Assembly: GCA_963761465.1 (NCBI GenBank)
Contig: CAVXGX010000001.1
Location: forward strand, 868,083 to 932,082
Reading direction: 5' to 3'
Length of the DNA stretch: 64,000 bases
Source: an uncultured Acidobacteriota bacterium
GTDB taxonomy: Bacteria > Acidobacteriota > Terriglobia > Terriglobales > Acidobacteriaceae
Every line of letters begins with the position of its first letter. Within the stretch, counting starts at the first letter, position 1. Below the pieces are notes generated by a model that was not told the DNA's origin, searched no databases, and worked only from the letters and a program-made list of their open reading frames with translations. Positions 19,548 through 27,405 of the stretch are shown here, in pieces. Both the position numbers and the translations under genes were made by a program.

Positions 19548-19846
19548 AACTGTCAGAGCTGAACTCAGACCATGGAGGAAACCACGAACCACGTAGGGAC
19601 GGACGCATTCGTCCGTCCCGCCGAGCAAAGCTCGGCAGGCCACCCCCGTGACGCTTGATGCAATAGAAATATCTGGCTCCCCAAAGCACCGCTGTCATCC
19701 CGACTGAAGCGAGAGCGAATGCGACAGCGAAGTGGAGAGCCCGCCCTGACCGAAGCCGAAGGGGACCTGCTTTCCAGCAGCCCACACAAAGGGCTACTGA
19801 AGCTCATGTTTTTTATTTGTTGGAAACCGCGTGAGGGTAGCGCGCC

Positions 19847-20050
19847 CTAGTTCAACGGCGCAGCCGAAGGATCACTCAACGCAATCAACTTCCCCGGCGG
19901 ATATTCGGTAGGCGACAACGGAGTCTCCGGGTCCGGATTCATAATCGTCAGCACCTTCCCGCTCTGCACACCCCGGATGACCAGGCACTGACTCTCCACA
20001 GAGATGACTCGGTATTTTTCGTCGAAGATTTCCACCGTGTCATCTCCCAT
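19847..20050 (-). CDS. Small hypothetical protein (67 aa)
   Basis: Clean ATG-to-stop ORF with non-repetitive, coding-like composition. No recognisable family. Confidence 0.4.
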   Translation of the reverse strand: MGDDTVEIFDEKYRVISVESQCLVIRGVQSGKVLTIMNPDPETPLSPTEYPPGKLIALSDPSAAPLN

Positions 20051-20288
20051 GCAAACTTAGATGCACTAATTCTCCCACGCGACTCCCCCAACTTTCCACC
20101 CGATTCCCCAAGTTCGCACACCCGCAAGTCGTAATCCCTCCGCCCGCCAAAATCCGGGGACAGACGGGTGGAGTGCACCCCATTATTCTCTCCGGCGGCG
20201 ACCGCACCGGCCGGAGGTTTAATCAATAGCCATCGCATTCATCTTTCCCAAATGACGAATCGCGCATCTACAATCTGTAGTCTCCGCC

Positions 20289-21170
20289 ATGAACTCTGCG
20301 CGCATCGCCGAACTACTCGACCCCTTCCTCCGCGCTCCACTCAACCCGTGCCATTCCCAAGGGGCGAACGCCGGTGAGGAATCTGCTGTCTTGTCGCCAG
20401 CTCAACTGGAATATATATCGACATACATCGATATACTAGTCCGCTGGAATTCCCGCATCAACCTCACCGCTATCCGCGACCCCGAAGACATCGTCCCTCG
20501 CCACTTCGGCGAGAGCATCTTCTCCGCGCGCCACCTCTTCCCCGCGGGACTCCCGGGAGGAAGTTCGAATGCACGAGCAGGTGGAAGTCCGGAAGAAGGT
20601 GCAGAAGGAAGCGCGAGCGGCACAGCGAGTGCCACTGCGAGTGGCAATGCCAATGGAAGTCAGAGTGGAAGAGCGGCCCTTCAGGGCCCCGTAAGCAGCC
20701 ATACAAGAGAGGGGGCTTTAGCCCCCGAGGCCGTGGCCAACGACCAACGACTAGCGGCCAACCACGTCCGCGTTGCGGACCTCGGCTCCGGCGCCGGCTT
20801 CCCCGGACTCCCCATCAAACTCTGGGCGCCACACATCTCGCTCACTCTGATCGAATCGAATCACAAAAAGGTAGCCTTCCTCCGCGAAGTCACCCGCGCC
20901 CTTACATTGACCAACGTCGATATACAAAACGCCCGCGCCGAAACCCTGACCGGCATCTTCGACGTAGTCACCCTCCGCGCCGTCGAACGCTTCGAATCCA
21001 TCCTCCCCACCGCCGCCGCCCTGCTTGCCCCCGCCGGTCGCCTCACCCTCCTGATCAGCGCCGCACAACAGGCGCAAGCCCACGAAACCCTCCCGCTCTT
21101 CGCCTGGTCACCGGCCATCCCTATTCCAAATTCCCGCTCACGCATCCTCCTGATCGGCGTTCGACAATAG
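20289..21170 (+). CDS. rsmG: 16S rRNA (guanine527-N7)-methyltransferase RsmG (GidB) with a large internal insertion
   Basis: RsmG pattern: ILVRWNSRINLTAIRDPEDIVPRHFGESI ... VADLGSGAGFPGLPIKL...LIESNHKKVAFL...RAE. About 70 extra low-complexity or repeat-derived residues lie between these blocks. Confidence 0.85.
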   Translation: MNSARIAELLDPFLRAPLNPCHSQGANAGEESAVLSPAQLEYISTYIDILVRWNSRINLTAIRDPEDIVPRHFGESIFSARHLFPAGLPGGSSNARAGGSPEEGAEGSASGTASATASGNANGSQSGRAALQGPVSSHTREGALAPEAVANDQRLAANHVRVADLGSGAGFPGLPIKLWAPHISLTLIESNHKKVAFLREVTRALTLTNVDIQNARAETLTGIFDVVTLRAVERFESILPTAAALLAPAGRLTLLISAAQQAQAHETLPLFAWSPAIPIPNSRSRILLIGVRQ

Positions 21171-21527
21171 TAACTATATAGTTATAAGTGGGATGAAGTA
21201 TATAAATTTCAACACATATCGTTATTAAATAAATCGTTGGTCGTCACCTCTAGACACATAAGTGGGAAACAATAGCGCATATTGGCGATTCTCGACATCG
21301 AAACAGTCCTATCATCTCGGCAAAGCCAAGGCGGGCAGCGGATTAACCTGGCAAGGCTGCCACCTGGGTATCAAGAATATAACAAGTGGAACATAAACCG
21401 AGATTATGTAGTTGTTTTGGCTATCAATAGGCTGTGTTTTTGCTTTCCAACCACAATAAAGTGGAAATACTTCACTGAAAATAACCAATAGGTCGCTCAG
21501 CCGGTTCCCCCAGAAGCGGGAACCGAA

Positions 21528-21549
21528 AAGTGTTCCTGCAGGAACACTT
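21528..21549. promoter_or_regulatory. parS-like 22-bp palindrome, copy 1 (perfect)
   Basis: aagtgttcctgcaggaacactt. Confidence 0.55.
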
Positions 21550-21646
21550 CTCGCAGTTTGCAACATCAAACCGGTTAGGCAGGGCTGCGGGTTCGGGCTA
21601 AATTATGTGGCAATTATAGATGCGCGATCATCTCTGATAAGTCTCA

Positions 21647-21668
21647 CAGTGTTCCTTCAGGAACACTT
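21647..21668. promoter_or_regulatory. parS-like palindrome, copy 2 (centre TTCA)
   Basis: cagtgttccttcaggaacactt. Confidence 0.55.
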
Positions 21669-21766
21669 CCTCTTTCCTAGCATCTAGGCGCCGCATCCCC
21701 GGATTAGGAATTCTCAACCAAGCCCAGACCGAGCAAGCGATCCGCACTCCCAGGCCAGCGCCCGCC

Positions 21767-21788
21767 GAGTGTTCCCGCAGGAACACTT
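21767..21788. promoter_or_regulatory. parS-like palindrome, copy 3 (centre CGCA)
   Basis: gagtgttcccgcaggaacactt. Confidence 0.55.
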
Positions 21789-21905
21789 TGTGGCTTTTCA
21801 ATCGGACGATGGCCTGAAGTCTCCCGGAGTCAACCTCACAGCTCAACCACCACGTCAGCCCAAGGCGAACTGCCTATAAGCCCTTAGGACAACTAGGAGC
21901 CAGCC

Positions 21906-21927
21906 AAGTGTTCCTGCGGGAACACTT
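21906..21927. promoter_or_regulatory. parS-like palindrome, copy 4 (centre TGCG)
   Basis: aagtgttcctgcgggaacactt. Confidence 0.55.
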
Positions 21928-21980
21928 CTCCGAAATTGGCATGCAGCTGAACCAGCCTTGCCGGTCACGCTAAACCGCAA

Positions 21981-22002
21981 AAGTGTTCCTGCAGGAACAC
22001 TT
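21981..22002. promoter_or_regulatory. parS-like palindrome, copy 5 (perfect)
   Basis: aagtgttcctgcaggaacactt, 108 nt upstream of the parA ATG. Confidence 0.55.
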
Positions 22003-22109
22003 GACTGGTTTTGCACAACAATTCACCAGCGTGCACAGCAGATCGTCATTGATTTGAAGTGCGTTGCGGATTATGCTGCGCTGTAGCTCTGCTTCTCCAA
22101 GACAATCTC

Positions 22110-22952
22110 ATGGGACGTGTCATCGCTGTTGCCAACCAGAAGGGCGGCGTGGGTAAGACCACGACCGCCATCAACCTGGCCGCGTCGTTCGCGGCTGCGG
22201 AAGTGAACACGCTGCTGGTCGACTGCGATCCGCAGTCGAATGCCACTAGCGGCCTCGGTTTCGCTAAGGATCCTGACCGGATCAGCTCCTACCACCTGCT
22301 GATGGGAGCGGCCACGGCTGAGGAGGCGCTGCTCACCACTGAACTCGAGCAGCTGTGGCTGATTCCTGCGCACAAGAACCTGATCGGCGCGAACATTGAG
22401 CTGGTTGATGCAGAGGGTCGCGAGTTCCGCATGCGCGAGGCGCTGGCCCAGGTACGCGATCGCTTTCAGTTCATCGTGCTGGACTGTCCGCCAGCGCTTG
22501 ACCTGCTGACGCTGAACTCACTCGTCGCGGCTGACGCGGTGCTCATCCCGATGCAGGGCGAGTACTTTGCGCTTGAAGGTGTGAGCGAGTTACTCGACAC
22601 GATCGAGCGCATTCGCGCGGCGTTGAATCCTGGGTTGGAGATTGAGGGCGTGGTGCTGACCATGTTCGACGAGCGCACCAACCTGGCGCAGCAGGTGATG
22701 ACTGAGCTCAAGAATTATTTTGGGGAGAAGCTGTGCCGCACCACGATCCCGCGGAACATACGGTTGGCTGAGGCGCCCAGCCATGGGATGGCGGCGCTGG
22801 TATACGATCCGCGGTCGAAGGGTGCGGAGAGTTATATCAGGCTGGCGAAGGAGATTATTGAGCGGCAAGTATCAGTGGCCAGTGATCAGGGGAGAGGGGT
22901 CAGTGAGCCCACTTCGGAGCCGGACTCAGGGGAGATGGACAAGACGGCTTAG
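22110..22952 (+). CDS. parA: Chromosome partitioning ATPase ParA (Soj)
   Basis: MGRVIAVANQKGGVGKTTTAINLAA deviant Walker A, DCDPQ, LDCPP. ATG at 22110. Confidence 0.95.
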   Translation: MGRVIAVANQKGGVGKTTTAINLAASFAAAEVNTLLVDCDPQSNATSGLGFAKDPDRISSYHLLMGAATAEEALLTTELEQLWLIPAHKNLIGANIELVDAEGREFRMREALAQVRDRFQFIVLDCPPALDLLTLNSLVAADAVLIPMQGEYFALEGVSELLDTIERIRAALNPGLEIEGVVLTMFDERTNLAQQVMTELKNYFGEKLCRTTIPRNIRLAEAPSHGMAALVYDPRSKGAESYIRLAKEIIERQVSVASDQGRGVSEPTSEPDSGEMDKTA

Positions 22953-23024
22953 TATATTGATGGGCGTCGATGTATTAGATTGATGGGCATCGATATACGG
23001 ATTGATCGGGATTGAGGGAGAGAT

Positions 23025-24167
23025 ATGACTAATACTGCGGAGAAGGTGGAGAAGCGGCGGGCTTTGGGGCGGGGATTGGATTCGTTGTTGCCGGGGCCGC
23101 GGGTGGTTGCGGCGGTTCCTCCGCCGGTTCCTGCACCGATCGTCATTCAGGCGGTGGTGGATGATGGCGTGGAGGAAATCGAGCCGGAATCCCGTTCCGT
23201 GGTTGATCGCGTGGCTCACTCGTCTGAGGTGGGCCCACCCTTCGCAAAGGACGCGAAGGATGGGGCACCCATTTCCGGTTTGGCGGCGGAAGAAACCGAG
23301 ACGATTACGATTTTTGCGCAGGCGGAGTCGCGGATTCCGGGGAATCTGGTGGCGAATCTCGACATTGCCGACATTGATAAGAATCCGTTTCAGACTCGCT
23401 ACGTGGATGACGATGATGCGCTGGAGGAGTTGGCGGATTCGATCAAGGCCAATGGGGTGGTGCAGCCGATCATGGTGCGTCCGGGGGAAGAGGACGGGCG
23501 CTACATCTTAGTATTGGGCGAGCGGCGGCTGCTGGCTTCGAAGAAGGCGGGGAAGACGACGATTCCGGCGATGGTGCGGCGGTTGTCGCTGCAGCAGGCG
23601 GCAGAGTTGACGATTATCGAAAACCTGCAACGGGAGAATTTGAGTGCGCTCGAACAGGCGGAAGCGTTTCGCGTGTTGAGCAGTAAATTCCAGATGACGC
23701 AGCAGGAGATTGGCGAGCGGGTGGGATTGTCGCGGACGTCGGTGGCGAATTATATGCGGCTTCTGAAATTGCCGCGCGACGTGATGCAACTGCTGGCCGA
23801 GAAAAAGATTTCGTTTGCCGAGGCGAAGGAATTGTTGACCCTGGCGAACGACGATCAGATCTCGAAGGCAGCGATCTACATGGTGAAGAAGGGGCTCACG
23901 CTCGAGCAGATTGAACGCCTGGTGTTGTCGATGAACGGGGATCTGGATCCGTTTCCGGGGATGCCGGGGGAAGTGGTGAAAAAGGCGAGCGGGGCGCGGT
24001 GGGTGGATCCGAATGTGAAGGCGGCGCAGACTGATTTGGAGCGGATGTTGGGGGTGAGGGTGAGGATTCGCGACCGGAAGGGTAAGGGGAAGATTGTGAT
24101 TGAGTATCACACGGTGGATGATTATGACCGGGTGGTGGAGATGCTGAGGGGGAAGGGCAGCGCTTAG
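23025..24167 (+). CDS. parB: Chromosome partitioning protein ParB (Spo0J) with extended N-terminal linker
   Basis: RALGRGLDSLL; ParB box VQPIMVRP...YILVLGERRLLASKKAG; HTH QQEIGERVGLSRTSVANYMRLLKLP. Confidence 0.95.
   Translation: MTNTAEKVEKRRALGRGLDSLLPGPRVVAAVPPPVPAPIVIQAVVDDGVEEIEPESRSVVDRVAHSSEVGPPFAKDAKDGAPISGLAAEETETITIFAQAESRIPGNLVANLDIADIDKNPFQTRYVDDDDALEELADSIKANGVVQPIMVRPGEEDGRYILVLGERRLLASKKAGKTTIPAMVRRLSLQQAAELTIIENLQRENLSALEQAEAFRVLSSKFQMTQQEIGERVGLSRTSVANYMRLLKLPRDVMQLLAEKKISFAEAKELLTLANDDQISKAAIYMVKKGLTLEQIERLVLSMNGDLDPFPGMPGEVVKKASGARWVDPNVKAAQTDLERMLGVRVRIRDRKGKGKIVIEYHTVDDYDRVVEMLRGKGSA
23231..23268 (-). repeat. Type-A hairpin repeat (reverse orientation), in frame within the parB N-terminal linker
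   Basis: gggcccacccttcgcaaaggacgcgaaggatggggcac aligns with the reverse complement of the type-A consensus. It encodes ...EVGPPFAKDAKDGAPI... Confidence 0.7.
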
Positions 24168-24224
24168 CCCTTGGCTCTTGGCTTTTGGCTCTTGGCTTGT
24201 ACCTCCTAACTTCTAGCTTTTCTC

Positions 24225-24253
24225 GGCGGCCTTACGGCCGTCTTTTCTTTTTT
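24225..24253 (+). terminator. Putative intrinsic terminator after parB
   Basis: ggcggcc-ttac-ggccgtc stem (7 bp including one G-U pair) followed by ttttctttttt. Confidence 0.5.
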
Positions 24254-24524
24254 GCGGCGGTGGCGGGAATCTAGATCGTTAATAGTGGTGGGACGGGGGG
24301 TGTGGGTTGGGTGATATTTTGGGGCTCGGCTGGGGGTGAAATGCGGGGCTTTGCGGTTTGAGTGGGATGGGCATGGAAATCGAGGGAGTGGTGTTTACTG
24401 TTTTGGTTCCTGGGAGGTGCGGAGTCAAAATCCCGGCCGCGGGTAGGGCGGCTTTGGCGGGGCCTCTCGACTGCTGGTGCGCTTGCGGCGGACGTAAGGT
24501 CCCTCATGGCGGCTTCGCCGCCAT

Positions 24525-24597
24525 TCAGGATGACACGTCTAAATTTTCAAGATGACAAGTCTAATTTTTCAGGATGACGAGTCCGTGATTTTTTTTC
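24525..24597. repeat. Three tandem about 22-bp units
   Basis: tcaggatgacacgtctaaattt / tcaagatgacaagtctaatttt / tcaggatgacgagtccgtgatttttttt. Confidence 0.7.
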
Positions 24598-24611
24598 CGC
24601 GCGAAAATTCT

Positions 24612-25064
24612 TCAGATGAGGCCGGCGCGGACTCGGCGGAGGAAGTCTTCGGCGTCGGTTTGGGCCTGGGCCAGGACTTTGGGTTGGTTGCGGTATTCGA
24701 GGGCGACTTCCTGGAGGAAAAGTTCGACGGCGTCTTTTGGCTTGAAGCCTTGGGTAACCAGTTTGCGGATGCGGGGGGTGAAGCTGTCGGCGTCGTCGGC
24801 GGAGCCGAGGCGCGAAAGATGGTCGGGACATTTGTGGTCTTTGAATTTGGCGGCGGCGAGGCGATCGTAGGCGGTTTTGGCGGCGGGATCGTTCAGCAGC
24901 GTAGGGAGCGGGTAATTCCATTCACACTGGGAACAGGTCCAACCGTGGAAGGAATGGTTGGAGGTCCAGATGAGTTCTCGGGCGGTGCCGTGTGGTTGGG
25001 TGCGGTGATCGAGGCTGCTGTCCATGAGCGGCGCGAAACTCCAGATTTCACTTGCGTGGCCCAC
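24612..25064 (-). CDS. Hypothetical protein (150 aa)
   Basis: Coding-like, non-repetitive; CxxC (WTCSQCEW). Start uncertain (25064 or MDSSLDH at 25025). Confidence 0.55.
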   Translation of the reverse strand: MGHASEIWSFAPLMDSSLDHRTQPHGTARELIWTSNHSFHGWTCSQCEWNYPLPTLLNDPAAKTAYDRLAAAKFKDHKCPDHLSRLGSADDADSFTPRIRKLVTQGFKPKDAVELFLQEVALEYRNQPKVLAQAQTDAEDFLRRVRAGLI

Positions 25065-25304
25065 GAGTTCCCTGAGGAAATGATAGTCCCTGAGGGCGTG
25101 AGTGGGGACTGACTAGAGGGGTTCGGGGGGCGGACGGTTGAAGCCGCGAAACGGCCCGCGGAAAAAACTCCGCTTTGCGCGCAGTCCACACCCGGCGGCT
25201 GAAGCCGCGATTCTTTTGTAGCGCATTTACGGCGCGGCTTGAAGCCGCGCCCTTTCAAGGCAACACGCGGCGCGACATTACGCGTGAACATTCTATTCCA
25301 CATC

Positions 25305-26873
25305 CTATTTCACTTCGAGGGGGAAGACGACGGTGCCGATGTGGCCGGAGTTGTTGTCGCGGGCGAAGAAGCGGAGATTGTAGGAACCGGGGGCGAGGTC
25401 GAGGGTGGCCGGGAGACGGATGCCTTCTTTGGCCCAGGTCTGGACATTCTCTGGCTTGGGATCGCCTTTTACGGGTTCGATGAACTCGGCGGCTTCTTTC
25501 AGGCCCTTTTTTTCTTGAGTCAGGGCGATGGCACCGATTTCCAGATCGAGAGAGGCGCGGCTCGAGGCGTCGATGAACAGGCCGTTGAGCGGGATGGTCA
25601 TGCGGAATGTGATCTTCTTTTTTTCTCCAGCGGCGGGCGCAGAGTTCGATGGCGCGCTGGGCGCTGTCTCCAGCACTTTTACGAACATGGGAATGCCGCT
25701 CTGGGGCAGAGCGGAGGCAAGCGCTTTGAGTTCGTCAGGGCGTTTGGCCTGCTCGACGGGAGGCATGCCGTAGTAGAAACCGTTGCGCGCGGAAACGTTG
25801 GAATGTTCGACGGAGACTTTTACTTTCAGATCGCGCCAACCCGGCTTGCGATCGTCGGGCTGCACGGAGAATCCGAGCATGTAGTAGGAGCGGGAATCTT
25901 CGACCGCCTGGGTGAGGCAGCCCATTAGATCGTTGGACTCGACGCAGCGACCGGCGCCGGTGGAGTCGGCGAAGGTGTTAACGGAGAATTCCTGCCGCGC
26001 GGTGCGCTGGTCGGGGCGCGCGGCCCAATCCATGAGGCCGATGGGGTAGACGGAAATGTTGGCTTCAATCAGGTTCCGCCACATGCGCTGCAACGAACCT
26101 GCGATAGCGCTGGAGGGAAGGATTTGAGTTTCGCTGACGAGTTCAGAAATGTTGCCGGCGGCGAAGATCATGGTCTTGCGGCCTTCGATGCCGGCGTAGG
26201 CCTGGGCAAGTTCGGTGATCGCGCCGATCGTAGTGTCGACCACGTTCGGCCTTGGCATGACCGTCTCGGCGCCCGGCGGAGTATTGCGCAGAGCGTCGAT
26301 CAGTGATTTTGTGTCGGTGCTGAAGGGGTGAATCGACTGCAGTCCTTTGTTGGTGATGGAAAGCTCGGCGACCATCTGGCCGCGGGGCAGGCCGTTGGAA
26401 AGGAACTTGATCATCAGCTGCTTGCCATCTTCGCGCTGAATGGGCTTCGTGCTCAGCAGATCGAGGACGATAATCACGAGGCTTTGGCGGGAAGCGTTGT
26501 CGAAGGGAAGGTTGGAGTAACCGAGTTCGGGCGAAGGATAGGGCGCGGAATCGAGGTCGGTGGGATGAACTTCTTCGAAGAAGGAGATGGTCTGCGGCTT
26601 GCCGTTTTCTTCCAGATGGAACATGTCCTTGGTGAGACCGGGTAAATGTTTGCCGTGATGATCGCGGACGACGGTCGGGACGAGAACGAGATTTGAGCTG
26701 CTTTTGAAGGTCGGGACGGCCGGGGACGGCGGCTGTGGTTCTTGGGATTGTGCGGAAGGGGATTGCTGCGCGAAAAAAAACAGAAGCGCGCAGGCGGACG
26801 AAACGAACACGGCCCGGTTCGCGTGCCAGCACTTTGGAAAGCCAGGAATCTTGGCGGGCAAACGACTCATCAT
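25305..26873 (-). CDS. VWA-domain protein (VWFA-related acidobacterial-type)
   Basis: Start at the ATGATG at 26873/26870, overlapping the stop of the upstream STAS gene (ATGATGA). Signal/TM segment, then FKSSSNLVLVPTVVRD..GK.L.GLTKDMF.L.ENGKPQTISFFE and LVIIVLDLLS. The 125-aa Arg/His-rich upstream extension in the track is spurious. Confidence 0.78.
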   Translation of the reverse strand: MMSRLPAKIPGFPKCWHANRAVFVSSACALLFFFAQQSPSAQSQEPQPPSPAVPTFKSSSNLVLVPTVVRDHHGKHLPGLTKDMFHLEENGKPQTISFFEEVHPTDLDSAPYPSPELGYSNLPFDNASRQSLVIIVLDLLSTKPIQREDGKQLMIKFLSNGLPRGQMVAELSITNKGLQSIHPFSTDTKSLIDALRNTPPGAETVMPRPNVVDTTIGAITELAQAYAGIEGRKTMIFAAGNISELVSETQILPSSAIAGSLQRMWRNLIEANISVYPIGLMDWAARPDQRTARQEFSVNTFADSTGAGRCVESNDLMGCLTQAVEDSRSYYMLGFSVQPDDRKPGWRDLKVKVSVEHSNVSARNGFYYGMPPVEQAKRPDELKALASALPQSGIPMFVKVLETAPSAPSNSAPAAGEKKKITFRMTIPLNGLFIDASSRASLDLEIGAIALTQEKKGLKEAAEFIEPVKGDPKPENVQTWAKEGIRLPATLDLAPGSYNLRFFARDNNSGHIGTVVFPLEVK

Positions 26874-27229
26874 TTGGCGAAGAAGTAATCGAAGGATTTT
26901 ACGGCGGTGAATTCGTCGTCTTTGATGTCGAAGACGGTGTAGAGCTTGGTGACGTAGAGGACGTCCTGGACTTTCTGGGTGAGGTTGAGGAGTTTGAGTT
27001 CGCCGCCGGCGTTGCGGACGGTGGTGAAGCTGCCGACGAGTTCTCCGACGCCGGAGCTGTCGATGTAGTCGACGCCGGCGAGGTTGAGGATGATTTTCTT
27101 TTTGCCCTGGGCGATGAGGTCGTGAATGGCGTCGCGGAGGTCGCCGATTTCGTCGCCTAGGACGATGCGCCCGTTGATGTCGAGGATGGTGACGTGGGCG
27201 ACTTCGCGGGACTGGATGGTCAAGGGCAT
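26870..27229 (-). CDS. STAS-domain anti-sigma-factor antagonist
   Basis: MPLTIQSREVAHVTILDINGRIVLG...KKIILNLAGVDYIDSSGVGELV...GGELKLLNL matches the SpoIIAA/RsbV-like pattern, including the conserved DSSG serine. Confidence 0.85.
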   Translation of the reverse strand: MPLTIQSREVAHVTILDINGRIVLGDEIGDLRDAIHDLIAQGKKKIILNLAGVDYIDSSGVGELVGSFTTVRNAGGELKLLNLTQKVQDVLYVTKLYTVFDIKDDEFTAVKSFDYFFAK

Positions 27230-27405
27230 GTGCGGGCTCGCGCTGCAAGGGCGCTGGCGGGAATGGTAGTGGGTGCGGGGGGGAGTGTCAATGGGAAGTG
27301 GGGACCTCCGAAATCCCAGTTTGTCGCATGCAGGCAACTCTGAGGATGGGACCGGAATCTGGAAGATTGAATCCCCAGGGAAAATTGAGTTCGAGGAGGG
27401 GTGCG

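Noticed and set aside
21282-21846. Small ORFs (21282..21491 +, 21312..21569 -, 21628..21846 -) in the rsmG-parA gap
   Set aside because: They sit in AT-rich or palindrome-containing DNA. Their translations include the palindromes (FLREHS.../FLKEHC...), and they lack RBS or family support. I treat the region as non-coding.
21528-22002. CRISPR array interpretation of the five repeats
   Set aside because: The repeats are perfect palindromes of about 22 bp. They are separated by irregular 53-117-bp spacers, much longer than CRISPR spacers. There are only five copies and no cas genes in the window.
22953-24167. Canonical parS (TGTTNCACGTGAAACA) inside or next to parB
   Set aside because: I looked for gtttcac/gtgaaac-type cores by eye in and around parAB and found none. 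Absence needs a proper pattern search, so I record it as not seen rather than as absent.
26874-27248. N-terminal 125-aa extension of the VWA ORF
   Set aside because: It overlaps the STAS gene in another frame and is almost pure Arg/His/Pro. A start at the ATGATG at 26873 gives a normal signal/TM N-terminus and classic stop-start coupling.
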